DNA of 23,875 bases from Gemmatimonadota bacterium (GTDB lineage: Bacteria; Gemmatimonadota; Gemmatimonadetes; Gemmatimonadales; GWC2-71-9): NCBI GenBank assembly GCA_039591655.1, contig JBDHDE010000043.1:1-23875 (forward strand). The letters run 5' to 3'. A program made the translations under genes and the position numbers. Of the stretch, positions 20,131 to 23,875 are shown piece by piece. Numbering within the stretch: the stretch's first letter is position 1; each line of letters opens with the position of its first letter. The notes beneath the pieces are model-generated. The model did not search any database and was not told where the DNA came from. It saw only the letters and a list, made by a program, of their open reading frames with translations.

Positions 20131-20906
20131 GCGCGTGGCCTTCCGTAATACACCTCGGTGTCGTACTCGAACGAGACCCGACCCGCCTGTTGGTGGGCGT
20201 CGAACAGGGCGTGCAGCGCCTCGAGCATCGGCTGGTGCCGCGGATGCTCCGGCCCCGGGGCGTACGAGCTCGAGAGCAGGCGCCCTTCGAGCCCTGCGTA
20301 GTCGAACACCTGCCCGTTCTCGAAGGAGCGGCGCCCGCACCCTGCGGGACCGAACAGCGTCGCGAGGCTGCGCTCTTCCGCATAGTGGGAGCTTATCGCC
20401 GAGTACTCGGGGCACCACCGCTGGAGGAACTCCTCATATGCGCCGAGGAAGGCGGTCGTGTCGGTCCGGCGGCTGTTCCACGCCAGGACGACCCACCCTC
20501 CGGGCCTGAGGATCCGGAGGAACTCCTCACGGGCCAGCCCCGGCTCGAACCAGTGGAAGGCCTGACCGGTGACCACGAAGTCGGCCGTGGCGGCTGCTAG
20601 GCCAGTAGCCTCCGCGCGGCCCTCCACGCTCAGGAAGCGCTCTTCCTCCCGGAACGCGGCTTCCGCCGCCCCTCGCATGGCAGCGTTCGGCTCCACCCCG
20701 TAAACGACGTTCCCGTTCCCGAGGAAGAGCCGGGAGAGGAGGCCCGTCCCCGAGCCCACGTCCACCACGACGTGGCGCGACTCCAGCCCCAACCCGTCGC
20801 GCAGGAAGTCCAGAACCTCCCCGGGATAGGGGGGACGGTACCGATCGTACGCGGCAGCGCGATCCGAGAACCGCTCGGTGGGGTCGAGGTCGCGCAGATC
20901 GCTCAT
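20127..20906 (-). CDS. Class I SAM-dependent methyltransferase
   Basis: RFSDRAAAYDRYRPPYP, VVDVGSGTG motif I, GVEPNAAM, GQAFHWF, RILRPGG, LLSSSYAP. Confidence 0.95.
   Translation of the reverse strand: MSDLRDLDPTERFSDRAAAYDRYRPPYPGEVLDFLRDGLGLESRHVVVDVGSGTGLLSRLFLGNGNVVYGVEPNAAMRGAAEAAFREEERFLSVEGRAEATGLAAATADFVVTGQAFHWFEPGLAREEFLRILRPGGWVVLAWNSRRTDTTAFLGAYEEFLQRWCPEYSAISSHYAEERSLATLFGPAGCGRRSFENGQVFDYAGLEGRLLSSSYAPGPEHPRHQPMLEALHALFDAHQQAGRVSFEYDTEVYYGRPRA
20143..20218. repeat. 76-bp direct repeat, copy 2 (within the methyltransferase 3' end)
   Basis: Matches 19383-19458 at 72/76 positions. Confidence 0.97.
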
Positions 20907-21226
20907 TCCTCGCGGCCGGCGCGGAACTCAACGTAGCTCTGGAGGCGCTCCTCCTCCGATATCTCGCGACTCTTGCGAAGCCGGGCGGCACGCCGCACCT
21001 GCACCACCGCCGACGCCACCACCAGGCCCAGCGTCACTGCAACCACCAGCGGCGCGACGGGAGTGCGGGACAGCCCCAGGCCCGAGCCGAGCACGACGGA
21101 GCCTCCCACTATGACCTCCAGCGGGGCCAGCCTCGACGCACCCAGGGTGGTGCGCATCCGCTCGCGCAGCTTGAGGGCTCCCGAGACGATCGCAAGGAGC
21201 CCCACCAGGAAGAGCAGGAGTCCCAT
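20903..21226 (-). CDS. Small hypothetical membrane protein (about 3 TM), 107 aa
   Basis: ATG 21226: MGLLLFLVGLLAIVSGALKL... with hydrophobic segments and a charged C-terminus. Stop overlaps the methyltransferase ATG. Confidence 0.75.
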   Translation of the reverse strand: MGLLLFLVGLLAIVSGALKLRERMRTTLGASRLAPLEVIVGGSVVLGSGLGLSRTPVAPLVVAVTLGLVVASAVVQVRRAARLRKSREISEEERLQSYVEFRAGREE

Positions 21227-21237
21227 GATGTGCCGCC

Positions 21238-22221
21238 CTACGGCGCCTCGGCGAGCTCGTCCTTGGCCACCACCATGTTGTGGAGGGTCCAGTCGCTCAC
21301 CACGGCGTCGTCGCCGATGAGGGTGTGCTTCACCTCCGCGTCCACCACTCGAGCGTTCCGCCCGACGATGGCGTCCCGGACGGTGCTCCGCCGGATGACC
21401 GCACCCGGATCGATCGAGACGTTCGGCCCGATCGTGCAATCCTCCAGCGTCACACCCTCGGCCACATAGACCGGATCCACGACGGTGACCCCGCCCCGGG
21501 GCTCCGGCCGGCGCAGCCACCCGTGCTCCAGCAGGTGTAGGTTGGTGGAGAGCACGGTCTCCACCTTGCCGCAGTCATACCAGCCCTGGACCTCGGCGGT
21601 GAGGAGCTTCTTGTCGCGGTCGATCATGTACTGGAACGCGTCGGTCAGGAACCACTCTCCCTTGAGCTGCGGTCCGTTGAGGGTGTGGTCGATCCCCTCG
21701 AACAGGGCTCGCCAGTCGCGGATGTAGTACAGCCCGATGTTGGCCAGGTTGGAGATCGGCTCCGACGGCTTCTCCACTATGCGCTGCATGTAGCCATCTC
21801 CATCGGTCACCACGACCCCGAAGCGCTGGTAGTCCTCGACCTCCTTGGCCCAGATGATGCCGTCGGCCTCCACCCGGTTTACCAGCGACAGATCGGCGTC
21901 AAACACGGTGTCCACGAACACGATTAGCACCGGGCCGTCCACGTAGGGTCTCGCCAGGTTGACCGCGCCGGCGGTGCCGTCCTGGACCTTCTGCTCCACG
22001 AATCGGGCCGGGATCTCGTACGCCGATCGGGCGTACTCCTCGATTTGCTCCTTGAGGTGCCCGGTGATGAAGATGAGCTCCTCGACGTCGAGCCCTTCCA
22101 GCTTGTCGAGGACGTAGTCCAGCACCGGCCGGCCCGCCACCCGGACCAGTGGTTTCGGAACATGCTTCGTGATCGGGAGTAGCCGCGTGCCCTTGCCGGC
22201 CACCGGCAGGATGACCTTCAC
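21238..22221 (-). CDS. Sugar-phosphate nucleotidyltransferase with C-terminal left-handed beta-helix
   Basis: MKVILPVAGKGTRLLPITKHVPKPL, DGTAGAV, RFGVV, IVEKP, GEWFLTDA, WYDCG, hexapeptide-like tail (IGPNVSI). Confidence 0.95.
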   Translation of the reverse strand: MKVILPVAGKGTRLLPITKHVPKPLVRVAGRPVLDYVLDKLEGLDVEELIFITGHLKEQIEEYARSAYEIPARFVEQKVQDGTAGAVNLARPYVDGPVLIVFVDTVFDADLSLVNRVEADGIIWAKEVEDYQRFGVVVTDGDGYMQRIVEKPSEPISNLANIGLYYIRDWRALFEGIDHTLNGPQLKGEWFLTDAFQYMIDRDKKLLTAEVQGWYDCGKVETVLSTNLHLLEHGWLRRPEPRGGVTVVDPVYVAEGVTLEDCTIGPNVSIDPGAVIRRSTVRDAIVGRNARVVDAEVKHTLIGDDAVVSDWTLHNMVVAKDELAEAP

Positions 22222-22569
22222 CTACACCCTCCCGTAGCGGTCTTCGAGCCGCACCACGTCGTCCAGCTCGGGCGTGGAAGCTTCCAGCAGGTCGCTGGGC
22301 ACGACCGCCTCCATCTGGTGGATCGTGCGTGGCGTGATGTGGTAGCTCTCCCCTTCCCGCATGCGCCGCTCCGTGAGGTCATCGCCGACTTGAACGCGGA
22401 AGATGATCTCACCCCTCAGCACGTGGATCGTCTCGTCCTTCTTCTCGTGGTATTGCAGACTCAACAGGTGCCCCGGCTCGATGTGGAGGATCTTGCCGAC
22501 GTAGCGGTCCGTCCTGGCCCAGATCAGCTCGTAGCCCCACGGCTTCTCAACGCGATGCGGTATCTCCAC
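22222..22569 (-). CDS. Cupin domain protein (mannose-6-phosphate isomerase type II C-terminal-like)
   Basis: VEKPWGYE, LSLQYHEKKDET, TIHQM, EASTPELDDVVRLEDRYGR. Confidence 0.92.
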   Translation of the reverse strand: MEIPHRVEKPWGYELIWARTDRYVGKILHIEPGHLLSLQYHEKKDETIHVLRGEIIFRVQVGDDLTERRMREGESYHITPRTIHQMEAVVPSDLLEASTPELDDVVRLEDRYGRV

Positions 22570-22582
22570 GTCAGTTCCTCGT

Positions 22583-23176
22583 TCAGATCAGCTGGAGTTT
22601 GAGCGACGACGGCGTGGTCACGCACGCCCGGACGCACACGCCGCATCCCACGCAACCCTCCGCGTGGATCACCGGCTGCCCTCTGTCGTCCAGGGTGAGC
22701 GCTCGCTCTCCTACCGGACAGACCCGAGCGCACACGCCGCACTCCACACCCTGGAACGCGATGCACACCTCCGGCACGAGCTCCAGGGCCGCCATGCGAT
22801 AGCCCTGCCACAGCCGCTCCGGAACCTCCAGGGCCTCGGTGGGGCACGCCGCCGCACAGAGCATGTCGTTGCAGACCGTGCACGGCTGGACGGCCGGGTC
22901 GATCATGGGGGTCCCCGCCGACAACCCGGCGCCCGGCGGGGCCTTGACGATTGCATTGGCAGGGCAGACGTCGATGCAGTCGTCGCAGCGCGTGCACGCC
23001 GCCAGGAATTCGACCTCGTCCAGCGCCCCCGGCGGGCGCAGCACCGGCTGCGGCGCCACCCGGCGCTCTGTGCGGCGCACCACCTCCTCCATCAGCCGAC
23101 CCACCGTCTGGCGGAAGAAGGCGCGGCGGTCACCCTCCGCGCCGGCGAGAAACCGAGAACCGAACTCGTCAGTCAT
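22583..23176 (-). CDS. 4Fe-4S dicluster protein, NapF/NapG/MauM-like
   Basis: ATG 23176. DRRAFFR, LRPPGAL, CTRCDDCIDVCP, CTVC...CAAACP, C...CGVCARVCP, CVGCGVCVRAC. Confidence 0.9.
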   Translation of the reverse strand: MTDEFGSRFLAGAEGDRRAFFRQTVGRLMEEVVRRTERRVAPQPVLRPPGALDEVEFLAACTRCDDCIDVCPANAIVKAPPGAGLSAGTPMIDPAVQPCTVCNDMLCAAACPTEALEVPERLWQGYRMAALELVPEVCIAFQGVECGVCARVCPVGERALTLDDRGQPVIHAEGCVGCGVCVRACVTTPSSLKLQLI

Positions 23177-23396
23177 GGGGTCTGGGAAATCGTAGCGGGG
23201 CGCAGCCTGCCGCGCCCGGTCGATGCCCCCAACAAGGTACCCGGACGCGGTCGGACACGGCAGATCACGGCCTCCGGGGCTTGGGCCGGATCGGCCCCGG
23301 AATCCGCCGAATCCAAGGCCCGGCGGGGCGCCGGCGCTACTGGCGAATCCCGTTCCACGACAATAAGTTAGCAGTCCTAGAACCGGTGGCGGGCAG

Positions 23397-23875
23397 ATGC
23401 GGCGGAGCTGCAACAGTCTGCGGGGTGTTCTCCAGCCCGCCCTCCAACTCGTGAGGGCGGGCCTCTTGGTCTTGTCGCTTCCGCTGGTCCTGGGCACCTG
23501 CCGCCTGGGAGACCTCACGGGCACGCCCGACGAGCCCGTGTTGGAGGTGGTGCTGGCCGGCACCATCGTGGGGGTGGCCGACACCGCCACCCTGTCCGCC
23601 ACGGTGCTCATCAACGGCGCGGAGACCGACAGTGTCCCGCTCCAATGGACCTCCTCGGATTCCGCCATCGCCGTCGTCGACTCCACTGGCATGGTGCGCG
23701 GTCGCGCCCGGGGCACGGCGGTGATCACCGCCGAGATCATCGGTGGCTCCGTCACCTCCGACTCGGCGGGGGACTCCGACAGCGTCTGGGTCGTGGCCGC
23801 CTCCCTGGAACTCGCCCCCGACGACACGACCCTCACCGCCGCGGAGGACACCCTCTGCCTGCGGCATCTCGCCCG
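23397..23875 (+). CDS. Secreted/lipoprotein with bacterial Ig-like (Big_2) domain, 3' end outside window
   Basis: Manual translation from ATG 23397 (GTG 23451 is an alternative): ...VRAGLLVLSLPLVLGTCRLGD...LQWTSSDSAIAVVDSTGMVRGRARGTAVITA. Absent from the ORF track because there is no stop in the window. Confidence 0.82.
   Translation, partial: MRRSCNSLRGVLQPALQLVRAGLLVLSLPLVLGTCRLGDLTGTPDEPVLEVVLAGTIVGVADTATLSATVLINGAETDSVPLQWTSSDSAIAVVDSTGMVRGRARGTAVITAEIIGGSVTSDSAGDSDSVWVVAASLELAPDDTTLTAAEDTLCLRHLA

Noticed and set aside
19383..20218. Diversity-generating retroelement TR/VR pair at a gene 3' end
   Set aside because: Only four mismatches, not adenine-specific on the coding strand (three T/C, one A/G). 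No reverse transcriptase is in the window, and the target is a methyltransferase rather than a ligand-binding fold.
20131..20418. N-terminal extension of the TenA-like ORF
   Set aside because: It overlaps the methyltransferase in another frame and is Arg/Ala/Pro-rich; ATGA coupling supports a start at 20130.
23358..23370. IHF-like site (CAA-N4-TTA) in the divergent intergenic region
   Set aside because: Matches only part of the WATCAANNNNTTR consensus, too weak to call.
23177..23851. Long N-terminal extension of the ferredoxin (ORF track 22583-23851)
   Set aside because: It is antisense to the Ig-like gene and crosses the intergenic region; ATG 23176 gives a normal NapF-sized protein.

Overview
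This is a high-GC bacterial chromosomal segment (roughly 70% by eye; gene content suggests Gemmatimonadota, which is an inference). It holds 25 co-oriented minus-strand genes, many translationally coupled, plus one divergent, truncated plus-strand Ig-like gene at the right end. In transcription order (right to left): NapF/MauM-like ferredoxin, cupin, sugar-phosphate nucleotidyltransferase, small membrane protein, class I SAM methyltransferase, TenA-like protein, DUF885 metallopeptidase, MFS transporter, small C-terminal 'GGFRCC' protein, ArsA/GET3-like ATPase, CstA, SDR, enoyl-CoA hydratase, lipoprotein, NAD-type isocitrate dehydrogenase, small Zn-ribbon membrane protein, metallophosphoesterase, SprT-like protease, glutaryl-CoA-type acyl-CoA dehydrogenase, PQQ-dependent sugar dehydrogenase lipoprotein, MFS, ligA, polX, CDGSH protein and etfB (partial). 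I found no rRNA, tRNA, CRISPR array, transposase, integrase or reverse transcriptase. Four observations stand out: (1) a CC-tailed small protein + Cys-free ArsA ATPase + CstA module inside a probable leaderless five-gene operon; (2) the tenA-like gene is bracketed by a 76-bp direct repeat of the methyltransferase 3' end, and the downstream copy carries two nonsense changes; (3) a degenerate heptamer, G-rich repeat lies inside an MFS loop; (4) two genes appear to use non-canonical start codons (ATA, CTG). All family calls come from motif recognition, not database searches.
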